A DNA stretch of 61,323 nt, counting the filler. It is 7 parts of 7 records of this genome, joined end to end, with 100 filler letters (N's around TTAATTAATTAA, not from the genome) between each part and the next. Parts side by side here need not be neighbours in the genome. Positions count along the whole stretch, not along the records: positions 39,601 to 46,930 come from SRR20825006_1489; positions 47,031 to 52,565 come from SRR20825006_1491; positions 52,666 to 61,323 come from SRR20825006_1494; 4 more parts are not named here. One strand, 5' to 3'. How positions within the stretch are numbered: position 1 is the first letter of the stretch; the number at the start of each line of letters is the position of its first letter. Of the stretch, positions 43,262 through 52,808 are shown one piece after another. Below the pieces are notes generated by a model, which saw only the letters and a list, made by a program, of their open reading frames with translations, was not told the DNA's origin and did not search any database. Position numbers and translations under genes: made by a program.

Positions 43262-44017
43262 TTGGCCGCAACAACAGCCAAGGCGAACACGTTGAAACTG
43301 AACCTGACCCATGTGCGCGGTGCGCGCGGTTCCACTCATGATCTGATCCTAAGCTACAACGCGGTTCAGGCTGCGTTTAACGCAGAGCACAAGACCCTGT
43401 TTCACCGGATCGAAAATGCGATTCAGCAGACCGGCGAAAAAGGCAAGATGCCGTTGTGGGAAGGCTATGAGCAGATCCCGGAATACGTGCAAAGCACCGG
43501 CCCGGGCGCACGGCGCAGCATGACCCAGGTCAGGACGGGGCAAGGGATTTGCCAGTTTTACACCTGGTTGGCCGTTCAACGGCAGCCCGAAACGATATTG
43601 GAATTCGGCGCAGCCTTTGGGGCCAGTGGCATGTATTGGCTGGCGGGGTTGGGAATTGCGGAGAGTGGCCAGTTGGTCAGCTTCGAGCCGAACGCGCAAT
43701 GGTGTGACATTGCCCGCGCGAACTTTGACTTGGTGAACGACCGCCATGTTCTGACCGCGGGCACGTTTGAGGAGAATACGGCGCTGGTGTCGCCGGCAGC
43801 GGGGATCACGTTGATTGATGCGATCCACACCAAATCCGTGGTTCTGGCGCAATTCGAGCTGGTCAAACAGGTCAGCGCGCCCGGCGCCTTGGTCATTTTC
43901 GACGATTTGAATTTCTCGGACGATATGTGGGCGTGCTGGCAAGAGGTTTGCGCCGCAAGCGACGTTGCCGCCGCATGGCAAATCGGCAAGCGGGTAGGAA
44001 TTGTGGAACTGCGCTGA
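43262..44017 (+). CDS. Class I SAM-dependent methyltransferase (Methyltransf_24-like)
   Basis: ILEFGAAFGASG, LIDAIH, PGALVIFDD; TTG start uncertain (43262 or 43292). Confidence 0.8.
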   Translation: MAATTAKANTLKLNLTHVRGARGSTHDLILSYNAVQAAFNAEHKTLFHRIENAIQQTGEKGKMPLWEGYEQIPEYVQSTGPGARRSMTQVRTGQGICQFYTWLAVQRQPETILEFGAAFGASGMYWLAGLGIAESGQLVSFEPNAQWCDIARANFDLVNDRHVLTAGTFEENTALVSPAAGITLIDAIHTKSVVLAQFELVKQVSAPGALVIFDDLNFSDDMWACWQEVCAASDVAAAWQIGKRVGIVELR

Positions 44018-44026
44018 GGCCGCAGG

Positions 44027-44575
44027 TTAAGGCAATGGCAGATTTGACGGCAAAAACTCCACCGCTTTGTCGTCCACGGGCGCGGTCACGCCGGTCAGGG
44101 TGATCGTCGCGCCGGTCGACAGGGTGATGACCACGCCGTGATCGGTCATGTGCTGGGTGGCTATGGACAATCGTTCGGGTTGGTCTGCCGCGACGACGAT
44201 GCAGTCGGTGGCCGGGTCGAAGTGATCGACGGTCGTGTTGCCGGTGCTGTCCTGCGCTGCAGCCGGTGTGTCGGTTAGAGGTTCGGCCATGATGCCCGCC
44301 GCCTCGTTCGGTTCCGCTTCGACGAAGGTCACCGCATCTTCGGGGATCATCGCGCCCTGCCCTTCGAGCAGCACGGCCTCGCCGGTGGAGAAGGTGACCC
44401 ACAGCCCGGCAGGCGTGACCCGCTGGCCGGTGATGGCCGCGTCGACGCCCGGTGGCACCTCGATCAGCAGCACGTCCTCGGCGGCGTCAAAGCCTGCGAT
44501 GGTGCTGTGCGGTGCGACCACGGGGGCGCCAATGGGCGGGATCAGCGCGTCGGTGTCAGTGCTGTGATCTCTCAT
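44027..44575 (-). CDS. Hypothetical protein with an internally duplicated beta-rich domain
   Basis: TIAGFDAAEDVLLI...GLWVTFSTGEAVLLEG repeated as TVDHFDPATDCIVV...GVVITLSTGATITLTG; start 44575 or 44620. Confidence 0.65.
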   Translation of the reverse strand: MRDHSTDTDALIPPIGAPVVAPHSTIAGFDAAEDVLLIEVPPGVDAAITGQRVTPAGLWVTFSTGEAVLLEGQGAMIPEDAVTFVEAEPNEAAGIMAEPLTDTPAAAQDSTGNTTVDHFDPATDCIVVAADQPERLSIATQHMTDHGVVITLSTGATITLTGVTAPVDDKAVEFLPSNLPLP

Positions 44576-44689
44576 GTCGCCGGTGCCTCTGGACGGGTCC
44601 GCGCCTGTGCGGTCGGACACAGCTTAGCGCGAAACGCGGGCCATTTCACCAGCGCAGCCACAGAAACAGCATGTTTCCGCAAACAGACC

Positions 44690-45370
44690 TCAGGTGGAGA
44701 GCCTGCCTGCATCCATCCGCACCACGCGGTCCATACGCGCCGCCAGCTCCATGTTGTGCGTGGCGATCAGCGCAGACAGGCCGGTGCCGCGCACCAGCTC
44801 CATCAGCGCGCCAAAGACCTGATCGGATGTTTCGGGGTCCAGGTTGCCGGTGGGCTCATCCGCCAGCAACAGGCGCGGTGCGTTGGCCAGCGCACGGCAG
44901 AACGCCACCCGCTGCTGTTCACCACCCGACAGGGCCGCGGGGCGGTGATCGGCGCGCGGGGCGATGCCGACGCGGTCCAGCAGGTCGCGCGCGCGCGCCT
45001 CGGCCGCCTTGCGGGCGGTGCCTGCGGCCAGTTGCGGCAGCACGATGTTTTCCAGCGCCGAAAACTCGGGCAGCAGGTGGTGGAACTGGTAGATGAACCC
45101 GATGTCGGACCGCCGCGCGGCGGTGCGTTTGCGGTCGGAAAGGCCGGTCATGTCCTGCCCCGCAAGGCTGACCGTGCCGGTGTCGGGCACGTCCAGCAGG
45201 CCCGCGATGTGCAGCATGGTGGATTTGCCTGCCCCCGAGGGGGCAACCAACGCCACGACTTCGCCCGCGTTCACGGTCAGGTCGACGCCGCGCAGCACCT
45301 GCACCTCGCCGGGCAGGCCGGTGTTATAGGTCTTGTGCAGGCCTTGCAGGTGCAAAACAGGATCACTCAT
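44690..45370 (-). CDS. lolD: Lipoprotein-releasing ABC transporter ATPase
   Basis: [45 protein letters not shown]. Confidence 0.95.
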   Translation of the reverse strand: MSDPVLHLQGLHKTYNTGLPGEVQVLRGVDLTVNAGEVVALVAPSGAGKSTMLHIAGLLDVPDTGTVSLAGQDMTGLSDRKRTAARRSDIGFIYQFHHLLPEFSALENIVLPQLAAGTARKAAEARARDLLDRVGIAPRADHRPAALSGGEQQRVAFCRALANAPRLLLADEPTGNLDPETSDQVFGALMELVRGTGLSALIATHNMELAARMDRVVRMDAGRLST

Positions 45371-46649
45371 AACGCAGCGCCTCGACAGGGTTCATTCGCG
45401 CCGCACGGCGGGCGGGGAATATGGTGACGATGAACGACAGGCCCAGCGACAGGCCCACGGCCTTGAGCACGTCCGACAGGTTCAACTGTGCGGGCAGCGC
45501 GTAAATGCCGCGAATGGACGGGTCCCAGACGCCGCCGCCCATCACCACGTTCACGAAGGAAAAGATCGGGTCGATGTAGATGGCAAAGAGACAGCCAAGG
45601 ATCACGCCCAGCGCCGTGCCAATCAGGCCGGTGAAGGCGCCGCAGATGAAGAACACCCGCAGGATGGACCCTTCGCTGAGGCCGATGGTGCGCAGGATGC
45701 CGATGTCGCGGCCCTTGTTTTTCACCAGCATGATCAGCCCCGACACGATGTTCATCGCGGCGATCAGCACGAGGATCGACAGGATGATGAACATCACGTT
45801 GTCTTCCACTTCGAGCGCGCGCAGGAAGCCGCCCGAGGCGTCGCGCCAGGTCCATGTCTGGGCGCGGTCCCCGGCGGCCTGTTGCAGGGCCTGCACCATT
45901 GTGTCGACCTGTTCGGGGTCTTTCACCATCACCTCAATCTCGGTGGCAACGCCCTCGCGGTTGAAAAAGCTTTGCGCCTCGGCCAGTGGCAGGTAGACGC
46001 GGGTGCGGTCGATGTCATAGCGGCCGGCGGAAAAGACATAGACGACTTCGTAGGCGTTGACGCGCGGGCTGGTGCCGAAGGCGGTTTTCACGCCGTTGGG
46101 CGAGATCAGCTTGATCCTGTCGCCCACGGTCGCACCCAATTCGCGAGCCACGCCCGAGCCGATGGCGATGCCCTTGTCAAAGTTGTTGATGTCGCCAAGG
46201 CTGGTGGTGGGATCGGCGATGCGCGGCAGGCCCTTGAGGTCCTTGAGTTCGATCCCGAAGACCTCGACGCCCGCATTGGCCTGACGCATGTTGGCCATGA
46301 CCTGCCCGCGCACCAGCGGGGCGGCGCGGATCACGTCGGGCACGCGGGCCAGACGCTGCGCCATTTCGGTATAGTCGTGGATGGTGCTGTCAAGCTGGCC
46401 GGTGGCGGTGGTTTCGCCCAGATTGTAGACGGTCACATGGGCGTTGGCGCCCAGGATCGTGTCGACGAATTCGGCGCGAAAGCCCGACCGGACGGCGAGT
46501 GTGGCGATCAGGGCGAACACAGCAAGGGTGATGCCGATCAGGCTGATCCATGTCATGACGCTGACGCCGCCCTCGGCGCGGCGGGCGCGCAGATAGCGCC
46601 ATGCGATCATCCATTCGAAGGGGGCAAAGGGGGCGGTGGAATTGGCCAT
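45363..46649 (-). CDS. lolC: Lipoprotein-releasing ABC transporter permease (LolC/E family)
   Basis: [45 protein letters not shown]; overlaps lolD. Confidence 0.92.
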   Translation of the reverse strand: MANSTAPFAPFEWMIAWRYLRARRAEGGVSVMTWISLIGITLAVFALIATLAVRSGFRAEFVDTILGANAHVTVYNLGETTATGQLDSTIHDYTEMAQRLARVPDVIRAAPLVRGQVMANMRQANAGVEVFGIELKDLKGLPRIADPTTSLGDINNFDKGIAIGSGVARELGATVGDRIKLISPNGVKTAFGTSPRVNAYEVVYVFSAGRYDIDRTRVYLPLAEAQSFFNREGVATEIEVMVKDPEQVDTMVQALQQAAGDRAQTWTWRDASGGFLRALEVEDNVMFIILSILVLIAAMNIVSGLIMLVKNKGRDIGILRTIGLSEGSILRVFFICGAFTGLIGTALGVILGCLFAIYIDPIFSFVNVVMGGGVWDPSIRGIYALPAQLNLSDVLKAVGLSLGLSFIVTIFPARRAARMNPVEALRYE

Positions 46650-47030
46650 TTCGGCTCCTGCTCGGGGTCGCGCGCACGTTGGTTTGTTTGTCGGGTGGGG
46701 TCAAGCCGCGCGGCGGCTGTTGGCCGCAACGGTCACATAGTTCCGCCTGCGGAGACGGGCAATGTTGTTTGTGAATGGTGCGCGGAATTGCGGTCTTGGG
46801 TTTGGTGTTTTGGGGAAGCGGTGTGTGTGTGGAGTTCCCGGATGCGGTCGTTTGGGTGGGGCGAAGCGAATGGTCGATCTGAGGTCAGAGTGACATCACT
46901 ACAGAGGGCAGCGCCTGACCGCGGGTGGGCNNNNNNNNNNNNNNNNNNNNNNNNNNNNNNNNNNNNNNNNNNNNTTAATTAATTAANNNNNNNNNNNNNN
47001 NNNNNNNNNNNNNNNNNNNNNNNNNNNNNN

Positions 47031-47478
47031 GTCGCATATGGGGTCGCATGGCTTCAAAGAAGGTCGGGAGATCGTCCTCCTCCATCAGTTGCTCCCATTC
47101 ATCCGTGGGAACACCTTCCTCCTCGTCGGCATCGGGATCCTGATCGCGGGACGTGTCGACCGGGCTGCGGTAAGTATCCTCTGCCTCATCGTCCGCGCCA
47201 CCAGCCGGGGCTAATCCCTTGAACTTCGCTTCAAATTCCTCGCGCAGTTTATCGGCCTCCACCTTGGCGGCAGAGGCGGCGGCATCCTCCAACGTCCAAT
47301 CACGTTGGGTCGGTCGTCGGGCCAACCCACTAAAGGCGAGTGGATTGTCCACGGGCGTCTTAAAATCGATAATCTCCCACTCCTCTTTGCCGAGGTCGTT
47401 AAGAAATTTTTCCATCATCACCGGAGTCGCGAATCCGCCCTTACCGCTGGAGATGACCTTGTATTCCCAAATTGCCAT
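47031..47478 (-). CDS. DUF4177-like N-terminal domain protein, 3' truncated
   Basis: MAIWEYKVI...LNDLGKEEWEII matches the WEY...LN.LG..GWE pattern; acidic tail. Confidence 0.7.
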
Positions 47479-47565
47479 AAAATGTATAAATATGCGAAAG
47501 GCTCAGGCATCCCAGATGCCCGCCTTCATGCCGAGATAAATCGAAAATAGTTCCTCCCCAAGCCA

Positions 47566-48708
47566 TCATTTCGTGACAGCGGTGAGAAACCGCCCCACCG
47601 CATAGGTGGTGAGCTGTCCAGAGGGGCCGGAGAGATTATATTCAAACGCGTGAGCGGCCCATGGCAATTCCACGAAAACATGGGGGTGACCGACTTCACT
47701 CAGACTCGCCGCAAATCGCTCACTGTGTCGGCACCACACCAAGGTATCGAGATGACCGTGCATGAGTAGCGTGGGGACTGGTCGGGTGGGCTCAATATTG
47801 CGATGAGCACTCGCGTCATGATAACGCCCAGCACGCTCGGGTGTATCCGGAGGGCCACCCAAATATTGCCGCATCAACTTCTTCGAGTTCAGCGCATCAT
47901 CGCTCCTCGCAATCGACCAAACAAAAGGCATGTCCTGCGGTGCATAGAGAGAGATAACTCCCCGAATCGAGATGTTCTCTGCCGTGTAGGCCGTCGCACT
48001 GGCGATCTGTCCCCCCGCGGAACGGCCCATCAAAACAAAGCGGGTCGGATCAACCCCCAACTCATCCGCATGCGTTTGCAGCCATTTGAGCGCACTCAAG
48101 ACATCTTCGCGCTGCGCCGGCCAACGATGCTCCGGAGACAATCGATAATCCACCGAGGCCACCGCATACCCTTCCTGAACCAACCAATCATTAAAAAACT
48201 CCAACTCCTTGCGATCACCGCCATCCCATCCCCCGCCATGAATCATGATCACGCAGGCAACCGGCTTTTCGGCGGTTTCCGGCCGACGAAAATCGAGATT
48301 CAGCCCCGGGGTATACTCATGGGTCTGAATACTCACAACCGGTGGTTTCGAAGCCCATAACTGCGACCAGGAAAAAGCCCTTCGATCCCGATCGATCTCT
48401 CCAAACGCCTGAGACAGCCGTTCAGGCAAACGGTCCGCAACCATCCGGGCCTCCAAGAGAGGTTTACAGAACAGCCCCATCGCCAGGGCACAGAGCAGGA
48501 TTCCCATTAACGGGATCCCCAGAGAGGAAGCGCGCGTCACCCAAATCAGAGCAGCTACGAGCAGGGTTAATCCTACCAGCCAGTAACCGAATTCGCCCGC
48601 GACGATCGTCAGCTTCCAATTCACTGACACCGGCACCTTCACCACGGTGAGCAAGGACAGCGCAAACAAGCCTCCGGCAAACAGTAGCAACAGGAGTTTC
48701 AATGGCAT
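47566..48708 (-). CDS. Alpha/beta hydrolase (HSL/esterase-like) with N-terminal TM helices
   Basis: HGGGW, VDYRLSP, GRSAGG nucleophile, HGHLDTLV, AHAF. Confidence 0.9.
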   Translation of the reverse strand: MPLKLLLLLFAGGLFALSLLTVVKVPVSVNWKLTIVAGEFGYWLVGLTLLVAALIWVTRASSLGIPLMGILLCALAMGLFCKPLLEARMVADRLPERLSQAFGEIDRDRRAFSWSQLWASKPPVVSIQTHEYTPGLNLDFRRPETAEKPVACVIMIHGGGWDGGDRKELEFFNDWLVQEGYAVASVDYRLSPEHRWPAQREDVLSALKWLQTHADELGVDPTRFVLMGRSAGGQIASATAYTAENISIRGVISLYAPQDMPFVWSIARSDDALNSKKLMRQYLGGPPDTPERAGRYHDASAHRNIEPTRPVPTLLMHGHLDTLVWCRHSERFAASLSEVGHPHVFVELPWAAHAFEYNLSGPSGQLTTYAVGRFLTAVTK

Positions 48709-48788
48709 GATCCCATTACGCACTCCCTCCTTCGGAGTGAGAATCATTTTCTTTGCGTTCTTCATACAGCAGTTTGCTTTTAACACCG

Positions 48789-49490
48789 ATGCGCCGTCTC
48801 GATCAGATCCTTGCCAACCTCGGGTATTGCTCCCGACGAGAAGCGCGCGCGTTTTTGAAAGCGCATGACGTCACCGCGCAGCACAAACCGCTCAATAATA
48901 CGTCCACCAAAGTCGATCCCACCACGGTGCTGATCGACGGACAGCCGCTCGATCATCCCCATGGACTGCTGCTGTTGCTGAACAAACCACTCGGCCTCGT
49001 CTGTTCCCACGAGGAGCGCGACGGTCCCAACATCTATTCGCTCCTCCCCGAACGCTGGCGCGCCCGCAATCCCGTGATTACGTCGATTGGGCGCTTAGAC
49101 AAGGACACCAGCGGTCTGCTTATTCTCACCGATCAGAGCCAGCTCGTGCACCGCCTGACCTCGCCCAAGCACAAGGTTCCGAAAACCTACCACGCGACCT
49201 TGGATCGCGAACCACCAGACGGCCTCGCCGAGCTCTTCGCCAGTGGCACGCTCATTCTTGAAGGCGAAAAACAAGCCTGCGCTCCGGCGATATTGATCAT
49301 GAGAAGCCCCCTTGAGGCCGAGCTCATCCTGACCGAAGGCAAATACCACCAAGTGCGCCGGATGTTCGCCAGTCAGGGCTGCGAAGTGCTCGCGCTGCAC
49401 CGCCCGCAATTCGGCGAACTCACCCTCGGCGATCTCGCGCCGGGCGCATGGCGCGAACTGCCTTTGGATACGTTCGCAGAGCAAAGTTAA
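48789..49490 (+). CDS. rsuA: RsuA-family pseudouridine synthase
   Basis: RLDQIL S4-like start, LNKP, GRLDKDTSGLL, EGKYHQVRRMF. Confidence 0.88.
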   Translation: MRRLDQILANLGYCSRREARAFLKAHDVTAQHKPLNNTSTKVDPTTVLIDGQPLDHPHGLLLLLNKPLGLVCSHEERDGPNIYSLLPERWRARNPVITSIGRLDKDTSGLLILTDQSQLVHRLTSPKHKVPKTYHATLDREPPDGLAELFASGTLILEGEKQACAPAILIMRSPLEAELILTEGKYHQVRRMFASQGCEVLALHRPQFGELTLGDLAPGAWRELPLDTFAEQS

Positions 49491-49532
49491 ATCCTTGGCG
49501 CGGGGCTTTCTTTATCCGAGCGTGAGGCCACC

Positions 49533-49841
49533 ATGGAAAACTCTCTACTCACCGGAGCTCAAAAGAAGCAGTTGCGCGGGCTTGGGCAACGTCTCGATCC
49601 GGCACTCAAGCTCGGTAAAAGCGGACTCACCCCGACGTTTCTTTCGGAGCTTCATCTCCAACTGCGCGCTCACGAATTGGTGAAGATCCGCTTCCTCGGT
49701 CCTGATCGCAAAGAGCGCGAGGCCCTCTGCGATCAAGTCGCCCTGGAAGGTCATTGTCATTTCATCACCTCGGTCGGCCATACCGCCCTGTTCTATCGCG
49801 AACATGCCGATCCCGAGAAGCGCGCGTTGGGTAGCGACTGA
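49533..49841 (+). CDS. yhbY: YhbY/CRM-domain RNA-binding protein
   Basis: LTGAQKKQLRGLG, LGKSGLT, HELVKI, GHTALFYR. Confidence 0.92.
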   Translation: MENSLLTGAQKKQLRGLGQRLDPALKLGKSGLTPTFLSELHLQLRAHELVKIRFLGPDRKEREALCDQVALEGHCHFITSVGHTALFYREHADPEKRALGSD

Positions 49842-49863
49842 TTCAATCGAATCTCTTTAGCAC

Positions 49864-49895
49864 AAAAAAAACGCACCCGTTTCCGGATGCGTTTT
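49864..49895 (-). terminator. Intrinsic terminator for the lpoB operon (probably bidirectional)
   Basis: Minus strand AAAACGCATCCG-gaaa-CGGGTGCGTTTTTTTT. Confidence 0.8.
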
Positions 49896-49920
49896 GCTAA
49901 AATGGAATCGGTCTCTCGCC

Positions 49921-50523
49921 TTACCAGCCAACCTTGGTCGCGCCCTTGGTCTGCTTGGCGATGGACTTCTCTTCTTCCCAAACCGTCAGACCGGTGCTGG
50001 TTTGCACGAGCGACATCTGGAAGGAGTAGGTGTTTTGGGTCACCCGCTTGTTGCGATCCGTCTGCTGGATGAGTTTCGCGTAAAGGGTGTAGTCCGGCAC
50101 GAGGATCTTCTGCTTCTTGCCCGACATCATTTCCTCAAGTTCGGCGGCTTCCCCGGCGACAACGGCACGTTCACCGAGACCCATCGTATTGGTGATCGCG
50201 ATCTTGCCGGTCTGCGTGAGCGCCACGCGGATCTTTTTGATCAACAGATCGGTATCGACCATCAACGAGGTGTTGTTAATCACCCGGTCAATCGCGAGCA
50301 CTGCAGGCGTGCGAGGCGCATTTTCCAACGCACTACTGGAGAGCAGAGAATTAACCAATTGATCGGCCGCATTGGCCCAATCCTGCGAATTGATCGAGGA
50401 GGTGTTCAGCGCTTCCGGACCTTTCGAATCCACCGTGCGGGTTTCGCTGGTGGTTTCACAACCGGTAAGAAAGAGGGCAGTGCCAACCGAAAGGACGGCA
50501 ACGAATTTGGAGGATACATTCAT
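49921..50523 (-). CDS. lpoB: LpoB-family outer-membrane lipoprotein
   Basis: Lipobox LTGC, SQDWANAADQLVNSLL, INNTS, YSFQMSLVQTSTGLTVWEEEK; follows a ycfL-like gene. Confidence 0.78.
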   Translation of the reverse strand: MNVSSKFVAVLSVGTALFLTGCETTSETRTVDSKGPEALNTSSINSQDWANAADQLVNSLLSSSALENAPRTPAVLAIDRVINNTSLMVDTDLLIKKIRVALTQTGKIAITNTMGLGERAVVAGEAAELEEMMSGKKQKILVPDYTLYAKLIQQTDRNKRVTQNTYSFQMSLVQTSTGLTVWEEEKSIAKQTKGATKVGW

Positions 50524-50544
50524 AGTGCTATGGGATTAAGGATC

Positions 50545-50982
50545 TTACTCGCGAAGTTTGAGACGGAAATCAACGGCCCGTGGGGATACCGCCACGGTGG
50601 AAACCGTCTTGGTCTCACGTCCTTGAAACATGATGGCTTTCCAAGTCTCGTTGGGCGAATCGACGGCCATGCCATCCTGGTCGACCCACTCGAACTTGTA
50701 GTTCAGCGTGCGAAGATTGTTTTTCAAATTCACAATGGTCGCCTGCACTTTGAGCAGGTTTCCCGAAACGGTCGCCTGATTAATTGAGACCACTTGGAAC
50801 TTACGTGAGAGCGAATCGTCCGTAATCACCCGTTGGTCGGGCACGTAGCTCGGTGTGGCCTGCGGGTTGGCGCGCTCATACGAATTTACGTTAGTCGCAC
50901 AACCGGCCAGCAATAAGGCGGCTCCGAGCAAAAGGCCCGAAACAGTGCGGCGAAGAAGGTTCAGTGAGGTCTTGTTTTTCAT
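50545..50982 (-). CDS. ycfL: YcfL/DUF1425-family lipoprotein
   Basis: Lipobox LAGC, LNYKFEWVDQDGM, W...VAVSPRAVDFRL. Confidence 0.82.
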   Translation of the reverse strand: MKNKTSLNLLRRTVSGLLLGAALLLAGCATNVNSYERANPQATPSYVPDQRVITDDSLSRKFQVVSINQATVSGNLLKVQATIVNLKNNLRTLNYKFEWVDQDGMAVDSPNETWKAIMFQGRETKTVSTVAVSPRAVDFRLKLRE

Positions 50983-52565
50983 TTGAGAACAAATTGGGAG
51001 ACATAGAGAGGCGCCGTTGATGACGCCGACTTAACATATACAACGTTAACGGAGCCAGGTTCCAATGAAACGGTTTTTTGCACACCACCGGCCGACAGAA
51101 TCAGCTCGCGGCTTTCCGGGGTGGAGAGACGTGCATATTGGAATTCCTTGGGGAGAGAGCTCCAGGTGCGGGTATCCGCAATGTTGGTGGAGGCATTCAT
51201 GACCGTCCCGGCGACTTCACCGAGCAAACGGCCAGCCCAGCCACCCCGGCTTTGCAGTTCCTTTTGAACCGCCGCTTGGATGATCGCCTTGGTTGCGGTG
51301 GAGATAAGGGTCTTGGTCACCACGGCGGTCCACCCGTTCTTGAAGTCGTTGGCCACCACACTATCCATACTCGCAATCACGGAAGTCGAAGTCCGATCCT
51401 CCGCTCCCAGAATCACATCCAAGTGGGAAAGATAATCGTCGTTATACACGAGTTTCGGAAAAGCGGCTCCCACGTAGGCCAGTTTGCTCGTGACGAGGAA
51501 GGTCGGAATATCAATCCGGGTCTGGCTACGGGAAGGAGCCGTGCCAGTTTCAAAAATCACGTAAGTCACGCCTTCGACCGAGTGACCTTCAGCCGCGGCA
51601 GTAGCCGCCTGAAGATCGGTAATCAAATAAGGATTATCCGGCACGATGCCCGCAACCCGTTCGAAGGATTTACGACCGCGTTCGTGATCCGATCCGTCCA
51701 AGCCAAGCACGCTGTAATACAGTCCATCGAGGAACACTGCGAAAGGATTCACGTAGTCTCCATAGGGCTGCATCCGGGCAATGGATTCTTCCAGAGCCGC
51801 TTGCAAAGCAGGACCGCTGCGGGCATCCGCTTCGGCGCGACTCACATCATATGAAGCGGTTTTCCCATCTTCATCCTTGAGCTCACCCTTGCGGGCTTTC
51901 TCCGCTTCATCCTGAGCTTCGACGATCCGTTTGGAGTTTTCCTCCACGGCATCACGCTGCCGCTGCAAAGATCGGTTCAATTCGACCCGAGCCCTATCAG
52001 CATCACCAATCGCAAGATAACTGAGGGCCTTATAGGTGTTCATCATCACCTTGTCGTAGGAATAACCACGGTATGGAAGATTGGCCTGATTCGTAAGGGT
52101 CGCCCCGAACTCCGAACCGAGCTTCACCTTGGATTTGGCTTCCCACTCGTTGACCTTTTCCTCGGCCTGATCGAGGGCACCGATCGCCTCGGCATAATAA
52201 TAATGGTGCACCTCTGTATCAGTCGGAGCTATCAAGGCTACCGGAGCCTCGCCTTCGACTGCGGCTGGAGCGGGTTCACGGGGTATCGCCGGAACCTCCG
52301 AAGGATCGGCCATCGCAGCCGAGCGCAAGGTCGCACCTTGTTCCAAACGAAGCAGAATCTCATCCTTTTTACCCTCGGCGGCATCGGCGCGCCGGTTAAT
52401 GTCAACGACGGCCGTAGCAATGCTCCCGCTGCGGGTGGCCTGTGAGAACGTGCCCGATTGCTGTTCGTAAGTCTGGCAACCTGACAGCAAGAGTAATGCG
52501 GCCAGAGCAACACCCGTGAGCTTCCAGGCCCGCGGCTGTGAGGTGGGGGATTCGGTAGTATGCAT
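50979..52565 (-). CDS. COG3014-like TPR lipoprotein
   Basis: Lipobox LLSGC, YRGYSYDKVMMNTYKALSYL...ARVELNR, ADTRTWSSLP; start lies at the contig edge. Confidence 0.78.
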   Translation of the reverse strand: MHTTESPTSQPRAWKLTGVALAALLLLSGCQTYEQQSGTFSQATRSGSIATAVVDINRRADAAEGKKDEILLRLEQGATLRSAAMADPSEVPAIPREPAPAAVEGEAPVALIAPTDTEVHHYYYAEAIGALDQAEEKVNEWEAKSKVKLGSEFGATLTNQANLPYRGYSYDKVMMNTYKALSYLAIGDADRARVELNRSLQRQRDAVEENSKRIVEAQDEAEKARKGELKDEDGKTASYDVSRAEADARSGPALQAALEESIARMQPYGDYVNPFAVFLDGLYYSVLGLDGSDHERGRKSFERVAGIVPDNPYLITDLQAATAAAEGHSVEGVTYVIFETGTAPSRSQTRIDIPTFLVTSKLAYVGAAFPKLVYNDDYLSHLDVILGAEDRTSTSVIASMDSVVANDFKNGWTAVVTKTLISTATKAIIQAAVQKELQSRGGWAGRLLGEVAGTVMNASTNIADTRTWSSLPKEFQYARLSTPESRELILSAGGVQKTVSLEPGSVNVVYVKSASSTAPLYVSQFVLK

Positions 52566-52666
52566 NNNNNNNNNNNNNNNNNNNNNNNNNNNNNNNNNNN
52601 NNNNNNNNNTTAATTAATTAANNNNNNNNNNNNNNNNNNNNNNNNNNNNNNNNNNNNNNNNNNNNC

Positions 52667-52750
52667 ATTATCGAGGCGTCCTATAACGCGCTTCGGGATT
52701 CGATCACCTATAAACTGTTCAAATCCGGCGTACGCAGCCAGCATGCGTGA
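52667..52750 (+). CDS. cimA: C-terminal fragment, probably citramalate synthase
   Basis: IIEASYNALRDSITYKLFKSGVRSQHA* resembles the CimA regulatory-domain end; only 27 codons visible. Confidence 0.6.
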   Translation: MIEASYNALRDSITYKLFKSGVRSQHA

Positions 52751-52774
52751 CGGTTGGTTCAGGCGATAAAATGG

Positions 52775-52804
52775 CAAAGGGCGCGTTTTGATCCGCGCCC
52801 TTTG
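52775..52804. terminator. Bidirectional hairpin terminator closing the guanidine operon
   Basis: CAAAGGGCGCG-ttttgatc-CGCGCCCTTTG between convergent genes, 4 nt from the His-rich gene stop. Confidence 0.8.
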
Positions 52805-52808
52805 ACGT

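Noticed and set aside
45333-46982. 549-aa plus-strand ORF
   Set aside because: Antisense to lolC/E and runs into the spacer.
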